Positions 45,309 to 59,695 of a stretch of 60,379 bases of DNA are shown here, one piece after another (position 1 is the first letter of the stretch; every line of letters starts with the position of its first letter). Source of the stretch: Toensbergia leucococca (taxonomy: Eukaryota); NCBI GenBank assembly GCA_022813965.1, contig JALDZS010000149.1:1-60379 (forward strand), given 5' to 3'. Under the pieces are notes generated by a model. The model worked only from the letters and a program-made list of their open reading frames with translations. It was not told the DNA's origin and made no database searches. The position numbers and the translations under genes are program-made.

Positions 45309-46593
45309 GACGATGGAAGAGATCTGATATTGAGGCGAGGAGTTCGTGTAAGTCAATAATAGAATGAGAAGATTTTGCAAATGACGAAAACGATCTCAAT
45401 TTGGAGCACACTAATAAAATGAATCATGACACCATTATTAGATACATTATTGGAGATTTCGAAACATCTTGGCCCTTGAAAACATTGATCACATGAGGAA
45501 GGAATAGACGGATTTGAGAGCACCAATGTGTGCGAGTGGATCTAGTTGAAGTTACTTGATGGATTAGCGTAAGGGTTGTACCCAACCACTCGTAGTATAA
45601 ATCACCCAAGGGATCAAGTGGCTTTGCATTAAAGATAGGTGTTTCTGTATGTGAAAAGTTCCTTTTCATCAATTCTCCCCTCTCTCCTCCACCTGGCCTC
45701 CACTCCTCCGTACCCTCCCCCTTTTTTGTCTCCCCAATCCTCACATTCCCTCCTTTCTCTCCTCACTCCCGTACAGAGGTCAGAGAGGCTCTAGGTACGG
45801 AAACGCATCCATAGCTTGAGGCTGGAGACATAAAATCAGTATGGGATGTGGTGCAATGGGGTAATGAAATAATAGAGAACTAGGGGATGATTTAAAGCAC
45901 AGAAAGGAGATTCCTGAAAAGCACTTGTCAGTTAGACAATAAAGCGACTGACAGTTATATAACACTAGCAAAGACAATCGAGGGAATGGTACTTAGGATG
46001 CTAGGGCAACGGGGTAACGAGGAGGATGGAGTAGCTTCTCTTTGTTTGCTGTTTGGGGTTTGCTTATGGTGTAGCAATGAAAAAGATGCAATGATCCTTT
46101 TGTTGCTTCTTGCAGAACAATGAGAGGTCGTTGCTGATGTTGTGTACCTTGCCTCCTTGCCTCACCTAGATTTATCTCAAATGCGAGAAGGATAGGAGAC
46201 AGATCTATCCCATACCATATCATTTGCACAAAGGACTCTCTACTTCTCAGAACATCAACCCACAATGATCCGATCAATATACATCACAGCTACGCAATTC
46301 GATCCTTCAAATTTTCCTAAAGATTGGTATCCCTCATTTGCTGGAATCCCATACAAACACAATTCTAGATACTCGCCCCATCATTGCCCCCACCAACGAC
46401 CTTTGATGCATCCTAGTCCGCTCGTCGTGCTCCTGTCAATGAAATGAGGGCAAAAAAGAAAGCAAAATGCAAGACGTTCTGCCCACTGGGAAAAAGAGCA
46501 AAAATAAATTAGGTTGAGAGTCCGTATTTTAAGTCCATGTTGAGCTAATATGCTGAGTACATGACCGTGGCATATGTTTCGTTGAAAAGAGTA

Positions 46594-49500
46594 CTATGAC
46601 AAGTGGAATGCCCCTTGACCCTCTTCTATTGCAGTAATCAATCGCTTGCATAGAATTTCGGCACTTGAATAGTCCGGCAATTTAAAAAAGTTTTGGCAAG
46701 TCATCACCGACGGCAATAAGTCGTCAGAGGTGTATGGCGGCTCGCTGGGTTTGCATACGACAGTGAACATTGGAGTCAGGCTCTTAAACCCTGTTAGTAG
46801 CATATTAGCCATGGCTTCCTTGGTTTTTAAGTGCGATCACGGCTTACCTCCGATGGGGAGTTTGGGACTGCCAGTAACAAATTGAAGGAAATCCCGTCTC
46901 TGCGGTGCCGAGAGCCCACTCATAGTGTGGAGCAAATTCCGCACACTGTTGCTGTCCATATTGAACCCATGGTCTGCTTTTATAGAATCCATAAGGGCTA
47001 TCGCCTAGTATTAGTGGACGTTACGATCCAGTAAGGAAGTAACTACTCACTCTCAAGAGTCCAGTCTTCTTCGACGCGTCCAAAGAGCATCACTAGTTCC
47101 GAGGGCGTGAACGCTTTCAGCGCTGAATATGGGAAAACCTGAGAAAACCCAGTCCTAAAAGCATCGACTTGTCGCTGTACTCCGCTCCCCAGGGTCATGT
47201 CAATAACCTTTTCAACATATTCTCCCACGTTGAAAATATCGACTGATACGTTCGCACCATCATCCCTTAATTCAATAGCTGGATAACCAGGAAGAGTAAA
47301 ATCAAGCGCGAACTGGTCAATTCGAACGCCGCGTATTTCGATGTTGGGAGCCATTTCAGCTTTTTGAGTCGCTGAAAGCTTAGAGTTTGCATATAAATTC
47401 TGCCTGGCAATATCGAATTCTTTGACCACGCTCAAGGATGTTGCGAGTGTCTCGTCCACAATCTTTACGGCTCCCAATGATAAGGGAGCGGCACTGGGCT
47501 GGTCCCCAATTCGAAAGAACGTAGGATTAAATGAAACATCGATGATTCTTGAATCTAACATAGACCTTGCAACGAACTTTCCGAGCATCTTGAACATGTG
47601 CAGTGTCTTAATCCCAAGCTCGCTGTGGGCTTGCTCTGCGCTCATAGGCGCGGGGAATAAGCCAAACTTCCCAAAGGCGTACTCGTCATCTTCATTTGAC
47701 TCGTTCTCTCTCCACAGTTTGCCCTTCTTCTTCGAGAATTCCTTGGATACTGTAGAATAAAATTCTAACGTTGGTCCGAGACCAGTACCTACCTCTTCAA
47801 AGTACTCGACTTCTAACACGCTCGGGGAAGCACCATACAGTTCCATGACTTTGATGGCTGATTCAAGAATCCTGTTTCGGGAAATCCGAACCTTTTGTCG
47901 TTGCAATCTGCCTAGGAAAGGCCGGTCATCGCGGTGACGATCACGCCTACTGATGTCTGCAGACTGAGCGTTCTGCCATCTTGTCATCGAACGCGAATAA
48001 CCAAAAGAAGTCGACTGAAGAAATAAGTATCTGGTTTCGAACGGGAATAGAAATGGATAAAGACGAGCTAGGTCTTCGCTCCAGCTTGGTATACAATTAC
48101 TTGCCACGATCAATGGCTCTTCTAATTGTCGATTGAGCTTGGCAGTGAGCTTCGTATTGACAAAGTGGGCTAGGGGTTCAGCATTCAGCTTCACCATTTC
48201 CATCCCTTCATCCAAAACATCGTCAAGATTCGCATTTAATTCGTGGAGTATGTTGAGAAGACGCAGGATCGTGGATGTCGCAGGATGTTGATGTAAAGAG
48301 ACTGGCATGCCCGATGTAGATGTCTCCGATGTTGCATCAGTAGATGACCCGACTAAAGATGTTTCTGCAGGAGGAGGACCAGCAACCCGCTTGAATTTGA
48401 CAGGGTGAACAGCAGACCAAACATTTCGTATAGACGGTTCAGTAGGATTAGATCTGGTGTAATGTACCGCTCGGTAGACCGTAGTTTCACTCGCTAGAGG
48501 CTTGTCGTCAATACTGAATTCAATATGCCAATCTTGTGGTACTGCTTGAATTGCTGCAGCATATGACATATGACGACCGGCCATAGACGGAGTAGCGGTA
48601 GTGGCCAACGGCTCTCGGGCGCGCGATGAAGGCGGACCACCATTTGAAGAAACCTGCGATGGTGTGGCCACCCGAGTTCCGTCGTCTTTCCGAGCAGTGA
48701 CTTTTCCAGTCGAAGCAACTTCCATGTTCACCGCAGTGGGATCAGAAAGTTGTCCGACTTCCATTTCATCTTCTAGATCATCCACAATTGCATCTAGTGC
48801 AGCAGTTTCGTCGAGGTCATCCTCGTCAGTCAACTGCTTCTCATCTGCGCATTCGAGCTGCTGCTGAGCCTGTTCGGTAGCCCGAACTGGTGTACCTGAT
48901 GCATTCTGCTGCCGACGACTTGATCGTCTCGTAACTTTCTCCTTAGCTGAAGCTGGGACTGGCTCCGCCGGCGGAGCCATTGAGGCAGGTGGTCCCTTTG
49001 TCTTTGAGGTCTTTCGTGATCCGCGACTAGTAGTGGCAGTGCTGGCAGGTGTCGGAATCGAAGGCGCAGCTATCGTCCCTGGGAGGCCTCGCTCTGCAAG
49101 CCTCTGATGAGGATTTGGAAGTCCAGCTGCAGCTGCAAAGGCAGCCAAGGCATTCGATACGCCCTCCCGATGCCGAGCACCCTTGGGTCTCTCAGAAAGA
49201 CTTATTCGAGGACGCAGGTAATCATCTAAAGCTTTGAACGTCGCGATCGCATGGATTGACACCATGATATTTCTGTACGAACGCGGGATTTCAGAGTCAT
49301 CATCAGCAATAAGCTTCAAGCGAAGCTGCTTTGCGAGCATCGAGGCAGCGCTACTTCGATTGCTGTCCAGGGCATTGTGGTGGACCGTGACGACTTCAAA
49401 GTGTTCCGCACGGCTGAGGAGATCTTGCAGCTTGCGTACTAAAATACTGAAAGGCGTTGTCGGAACAGTCGCACCTAGCTTCTTTGACGTGCTTCGAGTT

Positions 49501-52473
49501 GTTGTATCCATGAAGACCTCCAGGAATTCCATTCTCGCCTGTGTAGTCAAGATCACTGAAGCTCCCAGTCAGTAAGCTCCAGCTACCCAATGTCAACATT
49601 ATCAGACTCACCATTAGATCTGCTGAAAACATCCAGAAGAACTTGAACAACATCCGAGTTGAGGAGTTCGGAGCTTGTTATACTTTCCAGCGCATCTCCA
49701 CCAAAATACTTCGACAATCGTGTGAAGAGGCTTATACCATGTCCTTGTCCATGGCCAGTATAGCAGCTCTCGATATCTCGGGCCAGAGTCTTGAGTTCAA
49801 TCAAGATTACAGCTGCTTTATCACGCATCTCTTTGCCCTTTGCGCTTTCATGGATGTCCAAGAACTTTTGGGCTCGCAAGGTGATGTGGTCTTGGAGATT
49901 GCTGGGAACAGGTGGAACGGGATAGTTGCGGTCAGACGAGGAGGAATCTGTTGGCGAGGGAGACAAGTCCTCACGAGCGTCGTCTTCATCGTCATCCTCA
50001 TCGTCTTGGCCATTGTCCTCGTCAGAAGCACTATCCTCGGCGGCCTTCTCATTTGATTCATCTTGAACACCTGTTTTAAAAGTAGTAGTCGTAGACTCTA
50101 CTTCGGTATCTGGGTCAACCTTGATCACTTTTGGTTCGTCCTCAAAATCCTTTGATGTTTTACTGGCCAGCTTGGAGATTTCTGCAATAACACCTTCGCG
50201 ATAGAATTGGTATCGGTAGATTGACTCAAGTCGGACTAGAAGCAGCTCTGCTGCCTGTAGGGCGAGTATTACTAGTGTTGGGTGGTCCTGCTGGGATAAG
50301 ATTGACGCTAGATATGAAGCATAAGGCACTATACGCAGCGCATTTTCTAAGATAGACCTATCAAGGTTGGAAAGCATCTTGAGTTGGGCAGTCAAAACCT
50401 TTTGTCGCACGCCAAGGTTGACAGTACTTGAGTAGGCGTCAGTCAACGTAGGAAGAAGAATGATGGCAAAGCGCTTGAGCTCTTCTTTGCAGCCCTTGAG
50501 CAGTTCGATCCTTTTCGCATTTGGTGATGTCTTCGACTTCGAGCCACCAATAGAAATCAACTCATCTGCCAAGCCTGCATCAAGGAGATCATCTCGGAAA
50601 GATATATCGTCACTTTGGACCCCAGGGAGCAGTTCGCAGATGACATTCAGTGTCTCATACACTTGCTCTCGCGGTCTATGTATAAGTGCTTGCATGACCA
50701 CCACGCTGTCAATTTTAGAAGCTATGTCTTCAACACCATTTGGGGGCGATACACCGGTAAGAATTTGGTATAAGGTATCGACTACTGCCATCTTGAATAG
50801 CTCCGCTGAAAGACTAGGACTGGCACGAGCTGTGATGGCAAGAACTCTAAGGAATTGAGTATGGATGTTCGGTCCAATTAGATTTGTAGTGCCTGGTAGA
50901 AGTAGACGTAGAATAGCTTTGAGTAAGTCCGTGCTTATCAATTCTTCCAATTTGTTTTGCTGGTACTTGAAGCTCTCGACGACACGCGATACACATAGTG
51001 AACCTTGCTCTACAACTTTTTGGTCGTTGCTATTGAGCACATTCAGCAGAATGGGCATTACGTCTCTAATGACTGGGAAAGAATCCTCTGGGATATTACG
51101 GCAACAGTTTGCTGCAGTAGTCACCGCAGTCCTCTGAGTACTCGACTGGAAGAAATCTAGATAGGTAAGACAGGCTGTGAGGCCTCCTTCTCGGACAATG
51201 GATGCTGGAAACTCGACCGAGATTTTCTCCAAGGTCTGTCAACACGTTAGTAGTCTATTGAACAGAACATCATCCGATTGACTTACACTGAGAGCTTGCT
51301 CGGCAAGGTCAATGAAATGAATCTCTAGGAGCTTTTGGCATAGGATTGGAACAGCACCGCCGTAAACGACGTTTGCCGTTGATGGTGGCAACGCCTCCAT
51401 CAAGTTTGCTATGCAACGGCACGCTAGAAGCATCATCTCGGAGTTTTCTTCACCGAATTCGCTGGGTTGCATGAGAGTAACAAGTTCTTTTATGAACTGG
51501 TCCGGAGAAAAGTGGCCAGAAAGATTGTCTTCGTTCGAGACAAGTAAGATCTCAGACAGTTCTCCTAGAGCAATAAGCTGAACAGAAGCATCCTCTTTCT
51601 GCCTTAGGCTCTGCAGAATATCACGCAGCCGTGAGGAAACGCCAGATACAATGCCACTGAGAGCACGAAGAGTGCTTGAAATACCGCCAGATGGCCCACC
51701 TGTGCGACCGAGGAATCCTCCGTTGAATGGATCCCCAAGTTCCTCATCGTCTTCTTCACCATACCCTTTACGACCTTCTCCATCGTTGTTATCAGTATCG
51801 TCGTCGGTCGTTCCCTCCCAGTGACGTCTCGAGACATTCTTTGGAGTGTGATCAACATCCTTCATTTTGACATCTTCGCTTTTCTTTGTAGAAGCCTTCT
51901 TCGAACGTTTGGTGGAGGTCGGTACTGGGGCTAACGAGGAAGGGGCCAGGTCTTCGAAATTAGCTCGAGTCTCATCAAGAACGTAAATGACTGTGGAGTA
52001 TAGATACCTTGAGTAGCCTTTTTATTTCGACTCGACTTCCGCCTTGATGAACCCGTGGCCGGCACTGAGGTGTTCTCATCATGAGGGGCCGGGCCGGACG
52101 ACGGTCTATTTCGGCATTAGTGACATGAACGAATCCTTCCCAGCAATCAACCGCACCCTGCATGTGACATGGTAGCCAGTTTCCTAGCCGTTCTACGAGG
52201 AGGTGGTGGAGCCGCAGGCGGTGATTGTTCTTTTGTAATTAGCTTTTGCTTCTTCGTACGTCTAGCTGGCGAGGTCTGGGCAGGTGCTGGAGGTTCTTCT
52301 GGATTCGGATCACTATGAAGCGGAGCCTTTCGCTTTCTAGACTTTGTCGGGGGTGGTGGTAGAGGAGGAGGAGGTAGGGCGTTGGGAACGGAGGCAGGAT
52401 CGCTTGCGGCTGACAAAGCCGCCGATGAACCTGCTGCGAGCCTCGCTGAAGAGCGAGTGACTCTGGAAGACAT
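46594..52473 (-). CDS. UFD4: HECT E3 ubiquitin ligase Ufd4 (TRIP12 orthologue); multi-exon
   Basis: ARM region MMLLACRCIANLMEALP...IDLAEQALS. Also FVNTKLTAKLNRQLEEPL, YPFLFPFETR, GRLQRQKVRISR and LEVEYFEEVGTGLGPTLEFY, ending in the catalytic LPSVMTCQNFFKLPDYSS...EGQGAFHLS*. Confidence 0.96.
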
Positions 52474-54560
52474 GAGAATCTAATTCTGTATTGAATGGCG
52501 GCCAAAGTCCATTTGAGCGGACGAAGCGTCAAGAAACTGGCTGAGGTGGGCAGAAGATGAAGGTCTTGATGTTGACGCTGCCCGTGGAGCTCAGATAAGG
52601 CACAGGGATAATAAACGAGAAGTGAAAGGAATTGGTAGCTACCTAGGCAGAGTAGATGCTGAAGGTGTAGTTGTAATATTTGGAGGAATATGGTCGAGAA
52701 TGGAGGAATCGGGCGTTGGGATAGGTGCTGTGGGTCTGGCCATCAAGCCGCCATAGGCGAGAGAGACGGGATATACCCACGATCAAGGCGTGTTGACTAT
52801 CATGAAGCACTAAAACATGGTAGCCATGAGGGTGTTGATTACTCGTCAAGAGCGTGAAAGTAATTGTGGAGCTGTTCAAGAGGACTGGAGGGTCGGTTAT
52901 TCACGATCGGATTCATTCATACATAAGTCCATCTCGGCTAACTATTCTACCGTAGAATATTCTATGACGGCACGCTCTGTACGGTGTCCTAAATTGTGGA
53001 CTGAAGACTGTGAAGTCCTTCTCAAATCAACACCATGAAGTACGAATATTTTACTGTTACTTATGCAAGACCTAAACGAAGAAGGCTGATCAGATTCATC
53101 CGTGTCTTAGTACATTATCCCTTTTATACCCAACGCCATCATTGACTATGAGCTCCAATCGAATGGAGTAATGAAAGCTCGGCTTCAGTCCCCCCTGGAC
53201 CCGATTTTTACTTGCGGCACCTACGCTGCAACATCTTCCTACTAGTATGAGAGTACAAGAAAAGAGCTTCCATTACGAGAGCTCCGTATCAGGCTTGCCT
53301 CAATCCATTAGCAGCAAAGTGAGTGATCATCCAGTATCCTACTTTACTCATAGTTCGCACTTCAGTCTCCATTTGTACTCCTTGAGTTCCATCCCTCCGC
53401 TGCTGTCTTTGAAACTCAATTCATATTTCCCATCTTGAAGGGATGAATAGTTGTATTTCAGGATCTTCTGTTATGATTCCTCTTATCTCTTGATTGCTGC
53501 GTGACGATTGTTGCAAATCGTGCAAGTAGCAAACCTTTAGACAGAAAAATACATCACTCAGCACCCCTATTCCTCTATCTCTTTTCTCAATGTATTTCCT
53601 TTAGCCTTCGATTGATTTCGGTTCGTGCTGTGCTCTATCGGAACAAATCACTCTCACGCTGCGAGAGTGGAATATTCAGTCTCTTCAAGTCCAGAGCTGA
53701 AGCCTTCAGATTCACTGACCGTCGGGATCCTCATCAGACAGCTAGCTCTCGGTACGGCTGACGGTTCATTTTACGAGAACCAAAATTTGATCTCTAAAAA
53801 TTCTCTACTGCTTGCTTGTCCCATGAAAATACTTTCGCTGATCAAAAATTTGCACAAGGAAAAGTTCAAGCAGGCTACTGACCTTGTGCATTTCGATATG
53901 AAGTCATGAATATCATCCTATTCTAGGTGCTACCTACTCGAGAAGACTTTAGCCAAAGATTTTATTTGAAGCTACTTGTCTATCACTCAGTACAAGAAGA
54001 CTGAATTTGCAGTAGAAGTTTATCAGTGAGCACACCTAGAATTACAATATGCAGTATGGAAATACTTTTGGTATTGTCTCTACACGCAATATCGCCCTTC
54101 AATCAAACCTAGGTCTGACTTAATTAGTCAAAGGCTCACAATATCTCTAGAATTGAGCTATGAAATGGCTTTGCACAGGTTGTATATACCTGTATTCAAT
54201 TTACCTAACCCGTCGATCTTTTTGATTAGAATTCTCTCAATACTGAAAGTCTTGCGTGTGTAGAGTATAGACCGCAGCTCTTTGCTCATGAGATTCAGAG
54301 CAACCCAAAGGGTATGAAATATGAAGCAAATAACAACAGCTTCACTACAGTATCTGTCATTGGTTAGCTCGTAGTTATTATTCTACAAGTGAATGTGTAG
54401 AGTAGGTAGATGTGTACAGGTATGGCTGGTGTTGTTTGTGAAAGAGTTTCAAGCTTAGATGATCCTAGCTCAGCCCTATCGGACTCAAATCTAAAGAAGA
54501 CTTAGCGTCACCGATGAGTTTCGCCGCGCCGAAATTTCGTCAAACTACGCAAACAGCAGC

Positions 54561-56150
54561 ATGGAGCCCGAGGTCCAGGAAATCTGGGTCACCACACCAT
54601 TGAATAGACAACACCGTGTGTGGAATCGTGAAGAAAGATTTGCTCCCCCCACGCCGTCAAGGGTATACGCACCGCAGGTCAACCTCCTGAAACAACGCAC
54701 TGCTCTACGTATAAGTGCACAAAACATACGGTTGATGCAAGCTGCCAAATGGCAAACGCCCGTCTCCTCGCCGGTCGAGCATTTTCCTGAGGTAGGATAT
54801 TTGCTGAAGGGAATGAAGAATGGACCTCTAATAGCAATTGTCTAGGCCCGCATCGATAGTGCTGTCCCATCAAACCGCGTAGCAGCCTACCCAGCTTGTC
54901 GCAACATGGACGAATTTGCGCAAACTCGCCAACCAGATGACCTATTTGACGATGACTTCACCCCGATCGTAGAACCTATCATCAAATCAAACGCACCTCC
55001 GCCAGGTCGACCAAACCAAGATCATATCATTTCGCGCTTAGACCGTCCCAGTCATGGCCGAAATGGTGGTCAGAACACCAGGCCGGGCGATGCCACACGC
55101 CAGCCACCAGCCCAGCATACAGCCACATCTACCATGAATACAGACGATATTTCCAAGCTTCCTACTAACGAGCCAGATTCCCTTGCAAAGGGTCACCCCG
55201 CCGTCCGTGGTGATCGCCTTGCAACAGGCGGCCTTCAGAAGCCCAAACTTACCGAAACGGAGCTGAGCGCGCGCTTGGAGGCGGCGAAGCTTAATAATGC
55301 GCGTAGGGAGAAGTTACACCGAATGGCAGAAGCAGATGAGGCTAGCTTCCAGGAGGGAGAGGCCAATGCGAGCCAGAGGAGAAGAGAGGAGGGTGCTGCG
55401 AGGAGGGTCATGGACGGAGAGAGGGAGAAGAACCGGTTGAGGAAGCTGGGGAGTCGCGGGGGGAGGGAGTGGGATGAGGGAAAGGCTGAGGAGGAGCTAG
55501 GCTCGGGGAGAGGCAGCCAATATAGGCGGGGCCAGCATGGTGGTGTCGCATATGAAGGAGGAAGGCCAACGCATAGTTTCGAAGATCGGTCCCAAGATCA
55601 AGAACGCGGTGGAGCTCCGTTTGGTCCGAAGGGGGGCAGAGGCCGCGGGGGTAGGATGCGTGGTGGCTTTGACCACGGCAGTGGATATCAGGACAACAGC
55701 TCGGATGGACCCCTCACGAGAAGCGGTAGGATAGCACGAGGGAGATCTGAGAATGATTTTGCCACTAACGACGGATCCCAAGACCAAGACCGCGACGGGC
55801 CGATCATCACATATCGAGGCGGCAGAAACCGAGGTGGGCGCAACCGCGGGGGAAGAAGCGGTCCTAGGGGCAGAGGACGCGGCGGGCCTGAGACCGGAGA
55901 CGGTGCTGCAAACATCGCAGATCCTGCTGCTGCCCCTATCGCTAATACTCATACTACCATCGAGACCGACTTTCCTGCTCTACCGACACCGACACCAGCC
56001 GTTGCGGAAAAGAGCGTGGAGAAGGGGAAGACTGATGGTAAATGGGGGGATGATCCGACGAAGGATGGAGGGGCTGTGCAGGCGCCTGGGAGCTGGGCAG
56101 ATCAAGTCGAAGCTGTTGAGGTCAAGGCCGAGCCGCAGGCAGGGTGGTGA
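54561..56150 (+). CDS. Hypothetical coiled-coil/RGG-rich protein; core ORF 54906-56150, with a possible upstream exon 54561-54791
   Basis: The 414-aa ORF has DDLFDDDF, AVRGDRLATGG..KPKLTE.EL, AEADEASF, GREWD and many RGG repeats. A 54-nt GTAGGA...CTAAT...TAG intron (54792-54845) would join the upstream ORF in frame. Confidence 0.75.
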
Positions 56151-56490
56151 CGCTTTAATGTCTCTGCTACGAGCGATGATAGGAGACTTACGTCAGTCGG
56201 AGGCTGAAAAAGGTATGGAGGAAGTGCAGGTTGGTGGTCCTGATTCCAAGGGGGTGTTCATGGCGGTGTTTGCATGAGGGTGCATTGCAAGGTTGTCATT
56301 AGACCTTTTATCTCCTCTAGGCAGGCTGTCAGGTGAGAGAAGGGCGTGTTAGGAGGGAGACATTTGAGTTCCGATTGATTGTACAAGATACCCAGCTAAG
56401 CAGCAAAGTCTGCCTTTTTCCCAGACTTCTTTCCTGCACAGAACGCCTCGCTTTCCATGCTCAAAGGTAGACTGAAAATCAAATACCCAT

Positions 56491-57564
56491 TTACCACCTC
56501 CCGCCATATCCGCCTCTACCCCTAAAGCCGCCCCTAAATCCTCCACCACCACCTCTAAAGCCCCCTCTACCGCCAAACCCTCCTCTCCCGGCCCATCCCC
56601 CACCATCCCCATAGCCCCCCTCTTCTCTCCTCGGACTCCCATCTCCACCATCCGCCCTCGAAGGAGGCGCCCTCCCCTTCAGCTCCCTTTGCAAACTCTC
56701 CCACGTCTTCCTCATCTGCGCATACCCCAAATGCATCTTCCCATAAAAGTGATCCGCCAACCTCCGATCATTATCCAGCCGACTCAAATACGCGCCGCAC
56801 ACATCGCAAACTTGCAGCTTCTGATGGCCGCTGGGGCCGGAGGTGTCCGAGAGGGATTTCAGCTCCCGCTCTTTTTCCTCTTTGGCGGCTTTGGCGGTGC
56901 GGATTTTGTGGAATTCGGTGACGGCCGTGGTGATGCTGCTGGACTCACCAAGGATGGTGATTTCAAGAAGGCCGGTGTTGATGGTGCGGGAGAGGTCGGA
57001 TATTTGTTTGAGCTGGGGATTAGGGGGAAGTGGGTAAGCTGAAATTGTTGAATTGGGAAATGGTGGAGGGGTTAAAAGCAGGGGAATGGAGACTTACAAG
57101 ATCATTGGTTTGCCGTATTTCATCGGGGGTTTTTTCCAGCCGTCTTTGCGCGGCGTCGATCCTTCGGTTGCACTCGTCGATGTATTTCTGCATGTCTCGC
57201 ATATAGTCGTATTCGAAGCCATACTTACTCTTTTCCGGCGAGCTCTCGTACTCTGTTTTGAGGGGTTCACTGTGGACTTTGGGACAGGGACCTAGGTCTT
57301 GTTTTGTATTTGTGAAGAGGTCGTGGGGACAGGTGCCGGCAAGGAAGGAACGGCAGACTTTTGGATCTGTCAAGGAGAGTTGCGCGTGGCGAGATGAAGC
57401 TCCGGCGCCCATGAGCTGCTCTGGTAAGAAAAAGGGTTGTCAGTAAAAGACTGGGAGTGTTGCTTCAATCCAGCACTGCTCTGGGAATGGATGGTATAGC
57501 TAATTACTGAAGGGAATCAGTGAATTGAGTATATACCTAGCAGCTTTCTCTGCTCCGCCGCCAT
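56491..57564 (-). CDS. LUC7: U1 snRNP splicing factor Luc7; three exons
   Basis: MAAEQRKLLEQLMG...DPKVCRSFLAGTCPHDLFTNTKQDLGPCPKVH (zinc finger 1) and QKLQVCDVCGAYLSRLDNDRRLADHFYGKMHLGY (zinc finger 2), with an RGG tail. Confidence 0.96.
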
Positions 57565-57803
57565 GGCTAAGATCGAAGCTCTTAAGCAGATCGTGAGGCA
57601 AAGACTGACAGTGCCGAATCAGGTGTAATTTTATTCAATCACGGCATGGTAATGGTGCTTTTCCCACAAGAGAAGTTCTTACGGAGTGGAATAGAGCGCG
57701 GTGCCAAAATATCAGCCCTATGGCTTGGCTAGACTGAACTCGGAGCTCCAGTTCGATGACGAAAATCCTACAAACAAAAACAGCTCCGTGCTGAGATGCC
57801 GGC

Positions 57804-59695
57804 ATGAGATTCCTGGATTGTCTTCTCCTACTGTCTTTACTGTATCTGAGAACCACTCTTGCTGATCCAGAATATCATGAACGTCTCGTCCTCCATCCGC
57901 TGACCCCTGCCTCGTTACTGGCATCTTTCGACTTTCGTAGTACTACTTCTTTGACATCTTTTGAGCAGCAGCACTTCAGATACTTTCCCAGATCACTGGG
58001 CCAGATACTGCAGCATGCAAAGACTCGAGAACTTCATCTAAGATTTAGCACCGGCCGGTGGGATGCTGAGACTTGGGGTACACGACCTTGGGGAGGGGCA
58101 AAGGAGGGAGGGACCGGGGTTGAGCTTTGGGCATGGGTTGAAGCAACTACGAATGAAGAGTAAGCAGTGGAAAGTTGCATGTTGCTTAAAGAGGCGCAAC
58201 TCAATGTAATCTAGGGCATTTGCGAAATGGATCACCCTTACCAATGCTCTCTCGGGACTATTCTGCGCCTCGCTGAACTTCATCGACTCCACGAGGACAA
58301 TAAGACCAGTGATGACCTTCGAACCAGCTGGTGATCATTCCAACGCTTCTCTGTCCAATCTCCATCTTCTTCATGGAACCCTGCCTCGAGAAGTGGTTTG
58401 CACGGAAAATCTTACCCCTTTTCTCAAATTACTTCCCTGCAAGGGCAAAGCTGGGATATCGAGTCTCTTGGACGGACACAAACTTTTTGACGCATCGTGG
58501 CAGACCATGGCAATTGATGTACGACCAGTTTGTTCCAGTGATGGATGGGAGTGTACCGTCGAAATGCAACAGACGGTTGACATGGTACTCGATATCGAGC
58601 GGTCGAAGCGACCTCGCGGTAAGAACATGTCTTCTTTGATAGCCAAGCACAGCGTTGATGTTTTTAGACAACCCTATTCCACGTCCCGTTCCCCACGAAG
58701 ATCTTGTCTGCGATACATCCAAGCCGTACTCCTCTGAAGACACTTGCTATCCACTAGACGTATCTCATGGCCAGTCCTGGAGCCTGTCCGAGATCTTCGG
58801 ACGTTCCATCAAAGGTTCCTGCCTAGCAACCGACTCAAACGGTAAAGCCTCCGAATCAGTGTGCCTCAACGTTCCTGACTCGCGTGATGTCTACACCACC
58901 CCGGGCTCCACTGAACATAAACTTCCGTCCGGTACCTCCCGCTGCTTCACACTACCCCACTCCTCCCCCTTTGAAATGGTTCTCCCTCAGCAAACCCCCC
59001 AGACTCTCGTCGCCCTTCCACCTCCCCCTCTTTACGCCTCTCGCTCCTTCACGGGTCACGGCCAAGAACGCGGCGGTGTCCGCACCCTCCTCACCAACCC
59101 CTCTTCTACCCAACCCGTCGAATTCATCTACCTCGAATCCCTCCCCTGGTTCATGAAGCCCTACCTGCACACCTTAAAGGCTCACATCCCCGGCCTCCTC
59201 CCTCAACCCTCCCAAAAGTCCCTCATCAAAGAAATTTACTACCGCCCCGCACTCGACCGCTGCCGGGGCACTCAGCTCGAGCTCCGCATCTCCATCCCTC
59301 CATCCGCAACCCTCACCCTGTCCTATGACTTCGATAAAGCCCTTCTCCGCTATACCGAATACCCCCCCGACGCCAACCGCGGCTTCGACGTCGCCCCAGC
59401 CATCATCCGTCTCCTCTCCCGTCTTGGAATTAGCAACGCCCCCATGTATCTGCGTACCACTAGCTTGCTACTTCCGTTACCGACGCCCGATTTCAGCATG
59501 CCGTACAATGTCATTATTCTGACGAGCACGGTCATGGCGTTGGCGTTTGGGTTTGTGTTTAATTTGTTGGTGAGGCGGTTTGTGGGGGCTGATGAAGTCG
59601 AGGGGTATGATTTTCGGAGGATCAGGCAGAGGGTTTTGGGGAGGATGGAGGTGGTGAGGGAGAGGATTTGGAGGCGGGAAAAGAAGATGCTTTGA
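57804..59695 (+). CDS. GPI16: GPI transamidase subunit Gpi16/PIG-T; three exons
   Basis: Signal peptide, FPRSLGQIL...ELHLRFSTGRWD...GTGVELWAW and LPREVVCTENLTPFLKLLPCKGKAG. Also YTEYPPDANRGFD and LPTPDFSMPYNVIILTSTVMALAFG, ending in a KKML ER-retrieval-like signal. Confidence 0.96.
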
